NCBI GenBank assembly: GCA_046290465.1
Contig: JBKAGP010000001.1
Coordinates: 6,208,001-6,272,000 of the forward strand
Reading direction: 5' to 3'
Length of the DNA: 64,000 bases
Origin: Planctomycetota bacterium
Lineage (GTDB): Bacteria > Planctomycetota > UBA1135 > UBA2386
Shown: positions 18,883-28,613 of the stretch, in pieces
Layout: the number at the start of each line of letters is the position of its first letter
Position numbering within the stretch: position 1 is the first letter of the stretch
Notes under the pieces: generated by a model
Told to the model about the DNA's origin: nothing
The model's input: only the letters and a program-made list of their open reading frames with translations
The model's database searches: none
Translations under genes and position numbers: made by a program

Positions 18883-19398
18883 TTGGTAGTCGTCCCGCGC
18901 AAGCAGCGATCGAAGGACAAAGTAGTCAACGACAGGAAGTCCCTCGCCGCGATCCTGTCCGGTCTCCGCGCCAGCGGCAAGACCGTCGTCCTCACCAACG
19001 GCGTGTTCGATCTGCTGCACGTCGGCCACCTGCGCTGCCTGGAGGACGCCCGTTCGCGCGGCGACCTGCTGGTGGTCGCCGTCAACACCGACAAGTCGAC
19101 CGAACGTCTGAAGGGCAAGGGGCATCCGATCGTTCCGTGCGACGAGCGCATGGAGATGCTGTCGGGCCTGTCGTTCGTCGACTACGTGACCTCGTTCGAG
19201 GACGAGACGGCCGACGAACTGCTGCGTCAGCTGCACCCCTCGCTCTACGCCAAGGGAACCGACTACAATCTCAAGTCGTTGCCCGAGAAGGCGACGCTGA
19301 AGGAACTGGAGATCAAGGCGGTCTTCGTCGGCGACAAGAAGGGCCACTCGACGACCAAGCTGATCCAGAAGATCCACCGCTTGAAGACCAAGAAGTAG
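18883..19398 (+). CDS. Stand-alone heptose-1-phosphate adenylyltransferase-like protein (RfaE domain II, cytidylyltransferase family)
   Basis: LTNGVFDLLHVGH, VAVNTD, KGTDY and HSTT motifs; GGAGG RBS before TTG 18883. Confidence 0.85.
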   Translation: MVVVPRKQRSKDKVVNDRKSLAAILSGLRASGKTVVLTNGVFDLLHVGHLRCLEDARSRGDLLVVAVNTDKSTERLKGKGHPIVPCDERMEMLSGLSFVDYVTSFEDETADELLRQLHPSLYAKGTDYNLKSLPEKATLKELEIKAVFVGDKKGHSTTKLIQKIHRLKTKK

Positions 19399-19402
19399 CG
19401 CG

Positions 19403-20806
19403 ATGCCAAGACGGCACACGATCGCCGCTGCTGTCGTGTGCGTGTCCGTCGGGCTCGCCACGGCCGCCGCGCAGTCCGCGAACGACATCAACGTTCGCAA
19501 CTACGAGAAGAAGCGCAAGGAGGAGCTGATCGCGACCGGTCAGCGCCACGTCGACCTCGGCTGGGGTCTGCGCAACAAGGGGCTGATCCAGCAGACGACC
19601 TACCAGCTGGTGCTGGCCGTCGAACTGTCCGAGGGCCAGCACCGCGGCGCGTCGATGGTGCTCAACATCGTGCGCAACTACGGCGACGCGTTCTGGAAGA
19701 AGAAGCGCAAGAAGCCGCGCAAGGGCGCGCTCAAGGCCTACGAGAAGAAGGCCCAGAAGCTCGTCGAGGCCGACATGTCGGGCCAGATCAAGCTGGCTCG
19801 CTACGCGCACAAGGCCAAGCTCGACGAGCGCGTGCGCGAGCACCTGGTGCAGGCGATGCGGTTCGGTGCCGAGGTGACGATGCCCAAGGACCCGAGCCGG
19901 TCGGGGGCCAAGATCGAGGGCTTCGCGATCGACGACGAGCTGGCGAAGTGGCTGCTGGAGCAGACCGTGGCGGTCAACGGCGGCGAGCGCCGCTTCGAGC
20001 CCGCCGGCCGCAGTGCGCCGCGGCTCGAAGGGCTCCACGAGGTCGCCGACCAGCGGCTGGTGGTGCGCGCCGACCTGGACGCCAAGGTCTGCGAAGGCCT
20101 GCACGCGATGGGGCTGCAGCTGTTCGAAGCGCTGCTCGAGCGGCTCGACGGCGCGCCGACGCGGCCGCTGCAGCTGGTCGTGTTCGCCAAGCGCGCCGAC
20201 TACGACGCCTATCTGAAGGCGTGCGGCCGCACCGACGTGGCCAGCAAGGGCTACTGCGACTACGGCACCTTCCAGGCGCTGGTCTGTGCCGAGGGGCTCG
20301 ACAGCGGCAGCGTCAACGCGCTGGTCCTGCACGAGCTGACGCACCTGTACTTCTTCGGCGCGACCCCGGTCGCGATGCCCGACTGGTACATGGAAGGCCT
20401 CGCCGAGACGTTCGGCGGCCAGGGCACGTTCGCGTGGAACGGTCGGCAGCTGACCGTCGGCGGCCTGCTGCGCAGCGACCGCCTCGACGGCATCCAGAAC
20501 GACGCGATGACCCTCGAACAGGTGCTCGCCGGCAACGCGATCAACCTGATGCGTCAGGATCACGGCCGGGCGATGCGCTTCTATGCGATGTCGTGGGCGC
20601 TGCAGCGCTGGCTGACCAGCGGCGACCATTCGTGGCGGCAGCGGTTCGACGACTGGGAGGCCAAGACCCGCGGCACCCTCGACGGCAGCAGTTCGACGCG
20701 CAGCTTCGGGTCGCCGCAGCGAGCGCAGGAGAGCTTCCTGGCAGAGTTCCGTAAGGACCTTCCTGCAATGGACAAGGCCTTCCAGATATGGCTGATGCGT
20801 CTCTGA
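19403..20806 (+). CDS. Secreted putative zinc metallopeptidase (gluzincin, DUF1570/peptidase MA-like)
   Basis: Signal peptide; HELTH followed by PDWYMEGLAE; YAMSWAL. Confidence 0.7.
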   Translation: MPRRHTIAAAVVCVSVGLATAAAQSANDINVRNYEKKRKEELIATGQRHVDLGWGLRNKGLIQQTTYQLVLAVELSEGQHRGASMVLNIVRNYGDAFWKKKRKKPRKGALKAYEKKAQKLVEADMSGQIKLARYAHKAKLDERVREHLVQAMRFGAEVTMPKDPSRSGAKIEGFAIDDELAKWLLEQTVAVNGGERRFEPAGRSAPRLEGLHEVADQRLVVRADLDAKVCEGLHAMGLQLFEALLERLDGAPTRPLQLVVFAKRADYDAYLKACGRTDVASKGYCDYGTFQALVCAEGLDSGSVNALVLHELTHLYFFGATPVAMPDWYMEGLAETFGGQGTFAWNGRQLTVGGLLRSDRLDGIQNDAMTLEQVLAGNAINLMRQDHGRAMRFYAMSWALQRWLTSGDHSWRQRFDDWEAKTRGTLDGSSSTRSFGSPQRAQESFLAEFRKDLPAMDKAFQIWLMRL

Positions 20807-20873
20807 GCGGCCTTGCCATCGGCGGTTCCGGCCCGCTGTCAAGCGCGCTGGCAGTGGGGCCGATGGCCATCCG

Positions 20874-21794
20874 GTGATGGGGGGAACCGCGACCCGCGAG
20901 CAGCAGACGACCTACACGGCCATCCCGATGGCCGGGTTGGTCGGCGCCGACGCCGTGCCGTTCCCGCTCTACCTGCGCACCGCGTCCAAGACCTGGGTGC
21001 TCTACCGGCCGGCGGACACCGTGCTGGACGAGTCGCACATCGGTCGCCTGCACGCCGAGGGCGTGCCGCACCTGTTCATCCAGGACGAGCACCGCGCGCA
21101 CTACTTCCAGCGGGTCGAGCGCGAGATCGACGCGGTGCTGCTCGACAAGGAGCTGCCGCTCGACAACCGCGCCGACGTGCTGCAGGGCGTCGCGATGATG
21201 GTCGCCGACGAACTGCTGCGGGCGCAGCCGGACGAGCGCACCGTGCGGCGCGCGCACAAGGTGATGATGGCCACCAGCGGCCTGATGCTGCGCGAAAGCC
21301 AGGGCTTCCACGCGCTGCGCCGCGTGCTGCAGGCCGGCCCCGGCCTCGCCCGCCACAGCCTGACGGTGGCGTTCATGAGCATGGGCCTGGCCAGGGTCGT
21401 GCTGACCCGCGACCCCGCGACGCTGGCGACGATCGGGCTCGCCGGCCTGCTGCACGACGTCGGCAAGGTCGGCCACGAAGACCTCGAACACGACCCCGAG
21501 CACACCACCCGCGGCGCGGACTACCTGCGTTCGCTGAACCTGCCCGCGATGGCCGTCGACGCGGCGCTGTTCCACCACGAGTGCCACGACGGCTCCGGCT
21601 TCCCGCGGGGGCTGCGCCACGAGGAGATCCCCGAGGGCGCGCGGATCGTCGGCCTGGTCAACCTGTTCGACAAGATCTACAGCGCGCAGGAGCCGCGCGT
21701 CGGGGTGTTCGACGCGCTGCGGATCCTGGCGCAGGCCTACCGGGGCTGCTTCGACGAGCGCATGGCGCAAGGCCTGGTCAAGCTGTTCCGGTGA
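20874..21794 (+). CDS. HD-GYP-like domain protein
   Basis: RHSLTVA, LLHDVGK, HHECHDGSGFPRGL and EIPEGARI motifs. Confidence 0.85.
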   Translation: MMGGTATREQQTTYTAIPMAGLVGADAVPFPLYLRTASKTWVLYRPADTVLDESHIGRLHAEGVPHLFIQDEHRAHYFQRVEREIDAVLLDKELPLDNRADVLQGVAMMVADELLRAQPDERTVRRAHKVMMATSGLMLRESQGFHALRRVLQAGPGLARHSLTVAFMSMGLARVVLTRDPATLATIGLAGLLHDVGKVGHEDLEHDPEHTTRGADYLRSLNLPAMAVDAALFHHECHDGSGFPRGLRHEEIPEGARIVGLVNLFDKIYSAQEPRVGVFDALRILAQAYRGCFDERMAQGLVKLFR

Positions 21795-21840
21795 GCCAGG
21801 CCGTCGGCGGGTCGTGCATGCGGCCTTGCCGAACCGGTGG

Positions 21841-23784
21841 TCAGTTGGGCTGCGTGCGCGGCCAGTCCAGGTGGGCTGGGACCTGCAGCGCCTGCCGACA
21901 CAGCTGCTCCATCCGGTCGACGATCTTGCAGAGTTCGTCGGCCGGGGCCGCTGCGACGAAGTTCGGCAGTTCGGACAGCGCGACGCCGCAGTGCTCTTGG
22001 ATCCGTTCGCTCAACTGCTTGCGATCCTCGGGCACGACGCCGTGGCGGGCGAGCGCCAGCGTCGCCAGCACCCGGACGGCGACGGACAGGTCGTACGAGG
22101 TCCGGCGCCACTCGTGGCGCGGCGACGTGCGCCACTGTAGCGGGCCGCCGTGGTCGGCAAGCCGCTGCAGCGTCGGCTGCACGCCCTGCAGCCGGTCGGG
22201 GTGCTCGACCAGCAAGGCGGCCAGGGCGCGGGCGATCAGGCGGCTGTTCTGCTCGTCCAGCAGGTCCAGCAGGTCGCTCGACGGAACGCCGTGGGTGGTG
22301 ATCCAGGCGCCGGCTTCGAACGCCGTTCCCCGCGACGGGTAGGTGACCCAGTGGGCGGCGAGCCGGGTCCACTCGACCTGCAGGTCGGTGGCGCCGCGCG
22401 CCTCCGCCGCTTCGTCGGCGAACGACGCGTGCCGGGCCAGGAAGCTGAGCGCGGCGTCGGCGATGACCTGGTCGTCGCGCGTCAACCAGCCGTAGACGGC
22501 TCCGATCTGGTCTGCCGTGGGGCGGGTGCGGTCGACGAGGTCGAGCAGCCGCGCGACCCGCGGGGCGTGGCTCCATTGGCCGAGCAGCAGCAGCTCGGTC
22601 AGGGCCTGCTTGCCGCGCGGGCTCGGCGGCACCTGCGGGGGCCAGCCGTTCTGGTCGAGCAGCGTGTCGACGGCCGCTTCGAGCCAGGCGCGGTCGACGT
22701 CCTGCAGGCCCTGCAGGGCGTCGCGCACCTTGGCGACCGCCTCGCGGCACGCCTTGCGCACCGGCTCGGCTTCGTGGCGTTCGGCCATGAACGTCAGGGC
22801 CGGCACGCCGACCAGCCCGTTGCGGCCCCAGCGGCCGAGCGCCTCGGCGGCGCTGCGCGCGACGTCGGCGTTGCCGTCCCACAGCCGGCCGACCAGGTCG
22901 GCGCGCTCCTCGAGCGGCAGCGGTGCACCGTGGTCGGCGAGCCACAGCGTGGCGCGGTGGCGCTGATCGACCTTGGGATGGGTCAGCAGCGCGCGCGCGC
23001 ACTCGGCGTTGAGCGGTGCTGCGGTGATCGCGCGCCAGGCCGCGGCGACGTAGGGCTCGGTCCGGTCGGGCGTCCGGCTGAAGGTCACGCGCTTGCGCAC
23101 GAGGTCCTGCTCGAGGCGGGCCTGCAGCGCGGCGACGGTGCGTTCCTCGTCGGCGGCCAGCTCGCTTGCGTGCGCGGTCAGCCAGCGGCACATCGCGATG
23201 CAGGTCGCGCTGCCGCTGAAGGTGCTCTCGAGGTAGCTGCGGATCTGCGGCCAGCTCGGCGAACCGGGGATGTTGAGCTGCTGCATCAGCACGTCGACGT
23301 CGCGCAGCGGCGCGTTGCGCAGCGAGCGCCGCCAGTCGTCGCGCACCGCGGCGGCCTGGTCGTCCTCGAAGAACGGGGCCAGCTCGCCGAGCGTGTCGAC
23401 CAGCTGTTGGGCGACCTCGTGGTCGCCGTCGCGGACCCACGAGCGGATCGCGCCGAGCGCCGGCAGGCCGTCGCGGCCGAGCTTGCCGATCACGTAGAGC
23501 ATGTCGATCTGCTGCTGGCGCGAGAAGCCCTCGCGCCGCTGCTCGTCGATGCGAACGGCGAGGTGTGGCACCGCGAGCTTGCCGAGGTTCTGCAGGCGGC
23601 GGATCGCGTCGAGCCGCTTGTCGTCGTCGCGCAGCTCCTCGATCGACCGCGCCACCAGCCGTTCGATCCGGCCGTTCTTCCTGGCGGGCCGCTGCTGCCT
23701 CGGGTCCTGGTCCTGTGCGGGCAGAACGGTCGCCCCGATCGCGAGCGCGACGGAGGCCGACCACGAGGGGCGGGCGGAGGGCAT
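21841..23784 (-). CDS. Secreted HEAT/ARM-repeat-like hypothetical protein
   Basis: Signal peptide and alpha-helical repeats such as VARSAAEALGRWG and LGKLAVPHL. Confidence 0.65.
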   Translation of the reverse strand: MPSARPSWSASVALAIGATVLPAQDQDPRQQRPARKNGRIERLVARSIEELRDDDKRLDAIRRLQNLGKLAVPHLAVRIDEQRREGFSRQQQIDMLYVIGKLGRDGLPALGAIRSWVRDGDHEVAQQLVDTLGELAPFFEDDQAAAVRDDWRRSLRNAPLRDVDVLMQQLNIPGSPSWPQIRSYLESTFSGSATCIAMCRWLTAHASELAADEERTVAALQARLEQDLVRKRVTFSRTPDRTEPYVAAAWRAITAAPLNAECARALLTHPKVDQRHRATLWLADHGAPLPLEERADLVGRLWDGNADVARSAAEALGRWGRNGLVGVPALTFMAERHEAEPVRKACREAVAKVRDALQGLQDVDRAWLEAAVDTLLDQNGWPPQVPPSPRGKQALTELLLLGQWSHAPRVARLLDLVDRTRPTADQIGAVYGWLTRDDQVIADAALSFLARHASFADEAAEARGATDLQVEWTRLAAHWVTYPSRGTAFEAGAWITTHGVPSSDLLDLLDEQNSRLIARALAALLVEHPDRLQGVQPTLQRLADHGGPLQWRTSPRHEWRRTSYDLSVAVRVLATLALARHGVVPEDRKQLSERIQEHCGVALSELPNFVAAAPADELCKIVDRMEQLCRQALQVPAHLDWPRTQPN

Positions 23785-23805
23785 GCAGGCTGCTAGTCCG
23801 CCGTC

Positions 23806-24450
23806 TCAGGCGGGTTTCGCGAACGCCCGCCAGAACTCGTCGGCACCTTCGCCCCGCAGGGCGGCCGGGTCGCCGTAACCGAACAGGCAAGCGATGGTTC
23901 GCGCGCCTAGCGCCTTGCCGGCGCGCAGATCCTGCAGGCCGTCGCCGACCATCGTGCAGCCCTCGAGCGGCGCGCCGAGGCGGTCGAGCGCCAGCTGCAG
24001 CATCGCCGGGTCCGGCTTCTTGGTCGGCAGCGTGTCGCCGCCGACGACGACGTCGGTGAACGCGTCGAGGCCGAGGAAGCGCACCACCGGGATCGCGAAC
24101 CGCTCGGGCTTGTTGGTGACCACCGCGATCGGGTGGCCCCGCTCGCGCAGCTCGACCAGATGGTCGTAGGCGCCGACGAACAGGCGGCTGTCCTGGGTGC
24201 ACTGCTGCTCGTGGTGTTCGACGTACAGCGCGAACGCCTGCTCGATCGCGGCCTCGTCCGGATCGCGTTCGGCCAGCGCGCGTCGCAGCAGCGTGCGCGC
24301 GCCGTCGCCGATGTAGCTGCGCACGGTCTCGTCGTCGACGGGCGGCAGGTCGTGCCGTTCGCGCACGTGGTTGGTGCTCGCGGCGAGGTCCGGCAGCGTG
24401 TCGGCGAGCGTGCCGTCGAGATCGAACAGGAATGCGGGCGCCGGATTCAC
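23806..24450 (-). CDS. HAD hydrolase, phosphoglycolate-phosphatase-like
   Basis: FDLDGTLADT, VVTNKP, KKPDP and MVGDGLQD motifs; start re-called to GTG 24450. Confidence 0.9.
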   Translation of the reverse strand: MNPAPAFLFDLDGTLADTLPDLAASTNHVRERHDLPPVDDETVRSYIGDGARTLLRRALAERDPDEAAIEQAFALYVEHHEQQCTQDSRLFVGAYDHLVELRERGHPIAVVTNKPERFAIPVVRFLGLDAFTDVVVGGDTLPTKKPDPAMLQLALDRLGAPLEGCTMVGDGLQDLRAGKALGARTIACLFGYGDPAALRGEGADEFWRAFAKPA

Positions 24451-24477
24451 GCCTCTCGATATACTCGCGCGCCGCTC

Positions 24478-24948
24478 ATGAAGCTCGCCTGGACGTTGCT
24501 GTTGTTCCCGCTCCTGGCCTCGTGCGGCTCCGTCCGCAACTGGCGCGAACTGAAGACCGAGCCGATGAGCCTCGGCGAGGCCTGGCAGGGATGGGTCGAC
24601 ATCGTCACGTCGCGGGACGGCTGGGTCGTCGACCACAGCCAGACCGACCGCGGCAACGGCGTCTGGCAGTCGCGCTGGAAGCAACGCGAGACCGAGCGCA
24701 ACTTTCCGATCCGCAACCGTCTGCGCATGGAGATCCTGATCGACGAGGGCTCCCGCGACGAGGGCTGGCTGGTCCGCTACGTGGTCGAGCAGGAGCTGTG
24801 CAAGGACCTGCGCCGCCACCAGGCTCCGCGCGAGGAAGACTGGTCGTCCAACGGCCAGAACTCGGAGGCGGAAGCGGTGCTCGGCGAACGGCTGGTGCGT
24901 CGCCTCGCCCCCGAATCCGTCGAGATCAAGAAGCCCGGTCAGGACTGA
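24478..24948 (+). CDS. Hypothetical lipoprotein
   Basis: Lipobox in MKLAWTLLLFPLLASC; host-like codon usage. Confidence 0.75.
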   Translation: MKLAWTLLLFPLLASCGSVRNWRELKTEPMSLGEAWQGWVDIVTSRDGWVVDHSQTDRGNGVWQSRWKQRETERNFPIRNRLRMEILIDEGSRDEGWLVRYVVEQELCKDLRRHQAPREEDWSSNGQNSEAEAVLGERLVRRLAPESVEIKKPGQD

Positions 24949-25011
24949 GCCCGGTCAGGACGGAGCCCGGTCAGGACGGAGCCCGGTCAGGACGGAGCCC
25001 GGTCAGGACTG
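24932..25011. repeat. Five tandem copies of the 16-bp unit AGCCCGGTCAGGAC(T/G)G
   Basis: Read directly from the sequence; the first copy overlaps the lipoprotein's last codons and TGA stop. Confidence 0.95.
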
Positions 25012-25204
25012 AGGGCTGGCTCACCCCAGCGGCGGCATGCGGCAGCGATCCGGCCGTCCGGGTGCTCGCGGTCGCCGACCGGCGCGGACCAGCAGGCTTC
25101 GGATCCGTTCGTTGCTACGGCAGGTTCGAGTGCGTTGGCAACGCGGTGGAGCTTGTGCTTTCCTTGGCGGGCGCCAAGCGTCGATCTGAGCTTGGATCGT
25201 TGCC

Positions 25205-26485
25205 ATGGCCGAGCTGTCCGTACTGATCGTCAACTACAACTCCTGGCGGGAGTGTGCGCAGGCGATCGAGTCGCTGCGGCAGAACGGGCCGACGCGGCCC
25301 GACGGGTCGCCGATGCCGTACGAGTGCATCGTGGTCGACAACGCCTCGCCGCGGCAGGCGCCCGAGCTGATCGAGATGGTCGAGCACCAGCTGCGGCTGC
25401 TGCGCGAGCAACTCGGTGACGAGCGCGCCGGGGTGCTGATCCGGCACGACGAGAACGGCGGCTACAGCAAGGGCATGAACCTGGCGTTCTCACACAGCCG
25501 CGGCCGCCAGATCCTGATCAGCAACCCCGACGTGATCTTCCTGGAGGGGCTGATCCCGCGGCTGCAGCGCGCGCTGGAGGGCGATCCGAACATCGGCATC
25601 GCGGTGCCCAAGGGCTACTGGGACCGCGAGCACCAGGGCCGGCTGCCGCCCAATACGCTGCCGACGCTCGGCGATGCGTGGGGCGAGGCGATCTCGTCGT
25701 ACTCGGCGTGGTGGACGCGGCGGCGCGCCAAGCGGCTGCTGAACCAGTGGCTGGCGGTGTGGCAGGCCGAGCAGCCGGTCGCGTTGCCGATGATGTCGGG
25801 CTGCCTGTTCCTGGTCGATCGCGACTACTTCGAGTCGATCGGCAAGTGGGACGAGCGCTACCCGCTCTACTACGAGGACGCCGACCTGTCGGTGACGATC
25901 CGCCGCAGCGGCCGAACGATCACGCAGGTGCCGGACGCGCGGCTGGTGCACTTCGTCAACCGGTCGGGCATGAGCGACCTCGAGACGATGTGGGAACGCA
26001 ACCGCGTCAGCAAGGGCCGCTACTACGAGAAGTGGTACGGCCTGCTCGGCCGGATCACGATGGCGGGATGCCGCTGGCTGGTCGGCAACCGGCTGTTCGA
26101 ACGGTTCCGTCGCGTGCCGCCGGAGCCGCCGTTCACCGATCTCGGCGAGTCCGCCGACAAGCCGGTGCTCGAGCTGCCGCGCAGCTGCGAACGGTTCGTC
26201 GTGCTGATGTCGCTCGACATGCGCTTCTTCCTCGCCGCCGGCATCTTCGGCAGCGGCGACCGGTGGACGCCGACCGACGTCGCGTACCAGAGCTTCGTCA
26301 ACGCCAACTTCTTCTTCCAGGTCTACGACCTCAGCGGCGGCGGCGAGCCCGAGCACCTCGGCACCTGGCGCTACTACTGCCTGTCGCACCTCGGCCAGCC
26401 GGTGCCCGGCGCGGCGGCCAACGAAGGGCCGGCCAACGAAGGGACGACCAACGAAGGGACGACCAACGAAGGAGCGCCGACGTGA
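25205..26485 (+). CDS. Glycosyltransferase family 2 with a C-terminal extension
   Basis: LSVLIVNYNS, VVDNAS, SNPD and LYYEDAD motifs. Confidence 0.9.
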   Translation: MAELSVLIVNYNSWRECAQAIESLRQNGPTRPDGSPMPYECIVVDNASPRQAPELIEMVEHQLRLLREQLGDERAGVLIRHDENGGYSKGMNLAFSHSRGRQILISNPDVIFLEGLIPRLQRALEGDPNIGIAVPKGYWDREHQGRLPPNTLPTLGDAWGEAISSYSAWWTRRRAKRLLNQWLAVWQAEQPVALPMMSGCLFLVDRDYFESIGKWDERYPLYYEDADLSVTIRRSGRTITQVPDARLVHFVNRSGMSDLETMWERNRVSKGRYYEKWYGLLGRITMAGCRWLVGNRLFERFRRVPPEPPFTDLGESADKPVLELPRSCERFVVLMSLDMRFFLAAGIFGSGDRWTPTDVAYQSFVNANFFFQVYDLSGGGEPEHLGTWRYYCLSHLGQPVPGAAANEGPANEGTTNEGTTNEGAPT

Positions 26486-27408
26486 GCGCGGCGCCGGTGC
26501 TGTCGGTGGTGGTGCTCAGCTGGAACACCCAGCAGCTGACGCTCGCGTGCCTGCAGGCGCTGTTCGCCGAGCGGCCCAGGCACGCACGCGAGGTCATCGT
26601 GGTCGACAACGGCAGCGAGGACGGCTCGGCCGACGCGATCGCGCAGCGCTACCCGCAGGTGCGGCTGCTGCGCAACCAGGACAACCGGCTCTACGCCGAG
26701 GGCAACAACCAGGGCGCGGCGATGGCCGAGGGCGAGTTCGTCGTCACGCTCAACTCGGACACCGAGGTGCGCGAGGGCGCGCTCGACCAGCTGGTCGACT
26801 TCCTGCGCGAGCATCCTGGCTACGGCGCCTGCGCGCCGCGGCTCAGCGATCCGGACGGCTCGGTGCAGCACGCCTGCCAGCGCTTCCCGACGCTGCTGAC
26901 GGCGCTGTGCTTCGACTCGTGGTTCGGCACGTTCTGGCCGGGCAAGCGCATCGTGGCGCGCTACCTGATGAAGGACTTCGACCACCTGACGTCGCGCGAC
27001 GTCGACCAGCCGCCCGGCGCGGTCTGCATGCTGCGCACCGCCGAGTGGCGCGAGCTCGGCGGCTTCGACCAGGACCTGGCGCTGTTCTACAACGACGTCG
27101 ACCTGTGCCTGCGCGTGCACCAGCGCGGCCAGAAGATCCGCTACCTGGCGACCGCCGAGGTCATGCACCACCGCGGCGCCAGCACCCGCAACTTCGCCAA
27201 GATGCTGGTCATCTGGCACCGCAACCGGCTCGCCTACTACCGCAAGCACTACGGCTGGTTCGGCACCTTGTGGGTGCGCGTCTGCGTGCGGCTGCGGATC
27301 TGGGAGGAGTGGTGGCGCATCGGTCGCCGCAACCGCCGCGACCCGGGCCGCAAGAAGGCGGAGCGCGACCATCTGCGGCGTTCGCAGCAGGAGCTGTGGT
27401 CGTCGTGA
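26482..27408 (+). CDS. Glycosyltransferase family 2
   Basis: LSVVVLSWNT, VVDNGSEDGS, LNSDT and FYNDVDLC motifs; GTGA overlap with the upstream stop. Confidence 0.9.
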   Translation: MSAAPVLSVVVLSWNTQQLTLACLQALFAERPRHAREVIVVDNGSEDGSADAIAQRYPQVRLLRNQDNRLYAEGNNQGAAMAEGEFVVTLNSDTEVREGALDQLVDFLREHPGYGACAPRLSDPDGSVQHACQRFPTLLTALCFDSWFGTFWPGKRIVARYLMKDFDHLTSRDVDQPPGAVCMLRTAEWRELGGFDQDLALFYNDVDLCLRVHQRGQKIRYLATAEVMHHRGASTRNFAKMLVIWHRNRLAYYRKHYGWFGTLWVRVCVRLRIWEEWWRIGRRNRRDPGRKKAERDHLRRSQQELWSS

Positions 27409-28613
27409 AGGTCTGCTTCGTCACCGCGAACTTCCCGCCGGAAGCGTGCGGCGGCACCGAACAGGTGGTGGCAGCACTGCTGCGCGAGCTGGCCGCGGCC
27501 GGGGTCGAGGCGTCGGTGCTCAGCGGCAGCGATCGCGCGCACGCCGGTGTCGATGCGATCGACGAACGCCACGACGGCATCGCCGTCACCCGGCTGCCGC
27601 GGCGCGACGACGAGCACGACCAGAACGGCTTCGTGCGGCCGCGGCTGCTGGCGCTGCTGCGCCAACGGCTCGCCGCGAGTCGCCCGGACGTCGTGCACGT
27701 GCATTCGTTCGCATCACTCGGCCTCGGCATCGGCGCGCTGTGCCGCGAGCTGTCGCTGCCGATGGTCTGCACGTTCCACGATCTGTGGACGACCTGCGCG
27801 CGCTACTTCCGCCTGCCGATGCCCGGCATCACCTGCCCCGACGGCACCGACCGCGCGGCCTGCGTGACCTGCGTGCAGCGCGCAGCAAACCGCGACGCGG
27901 CGTTCGTCGCGCAGGCGCTGGCCGAACGCGACCGACTGGTGCGTGAGGAGCTGCTGGCGGCGGCCGTGTGCACGGCGCCGTCGCGCACCGCGGCCGGGTT
28001 CGTGCAGCGATGCGTGCCGTATGCGGGCGACGTCGAGGTGATCCCGCACGGCCTGTTGCGCGCCGTGCCGCCCGAGCACCGCGCCACCGACCCCGATCCG
28101 ACGCTGCCGCTGCGGGTCGGCACGTTCGGCGGGCTGGTGCCGGAGAAGGGCGTGCGCGAGCTGGTCGAGGCGGTCTACACGCTGCCGTGCGACCTGCACC
28201 TCGCCGGCCCGTTCCACGACGACGACTTCGCCGCGCAGGTCCGCCAGCTGGCGCGCGGCCAGTGCACGTTCCTGCACGAACGCGGACGGTTCGGTCCCGA
28301 CGACCGCCACCCGGCGCGCGATCTCGACCTCGCCGTGTTCCCGTCGCGCTGCCAGGAGACCTACGGCCTGGTGGTCGACGAGGCGCTGGCCCACGGCGTG
28401 CCGGTGGTTTGCTCGGACCACGGCGCGCTCGCCGAACGGGCCGCGACGCCGGGCGTCGTGGTCACGCCGATCGAACGATTGGCGACGGTGCTGGACGACC
28501 TGATAGGGTCTCCCGAACGCCTCGCGGCGCTGCGGCGCGCGATCCCGGCCGAGCTGCCGACGATCGCGCGGTCCGCGGCCCGCCACCTCGAACTCTACCG
28601 CTCGCTCGCATGA
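27405..28613 (+). CDS. Glycosyltransferase family 4
   Basis: FPPEACGGTE, PDVVHVH, EKGV and ETYGLVVDEALAHGVPVV motifs. Confidence 0.9.
   Translation: MKVCFVTANFPPEACGGTEQVVAALLRELAAAGVEASVLSGSDRAHAGVDAIDERHDGIAVTRLPRRDDEHDQNGFVRPRLLALLRQRLAASRPDVVHVHSFASLGLGIGALCRELSLPMVCTFHDLWTTCARYFRLPMPGITCPDGTDRAACVTCVQRAANRDAAFVAQALAERDRLVREELLAAAVCTAPSRTAAGFVQRCVPYAGDVEVIPHGLLRAVPPEHRATDPDPTLPLRVGTFGGLVPEKGVRELVEAVYTLPCDLHLAGPFHDDDFAAQVRQLARGQCTFLHERGRFGPDDRHPARDLDLAVFPSRCQETYGLVVDEALAHGVPVVCSDHGALAERAATPGVVVTPIERLATVLDDLIGSPERLAALRRAIPAELPTIARSAARHLELYRSLA

Noticed and set aside
24932..25011. Possible CRISPR array
   Set aside because: The units are 16 bp, directly adjacent with no spacers, and no cas genes are present.
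25120..25190. tRNA-like GGTTCGAG and small hairpins upstream of the GT operon
   Set aside because: No T-stem pairing or cloverleaf could be built.
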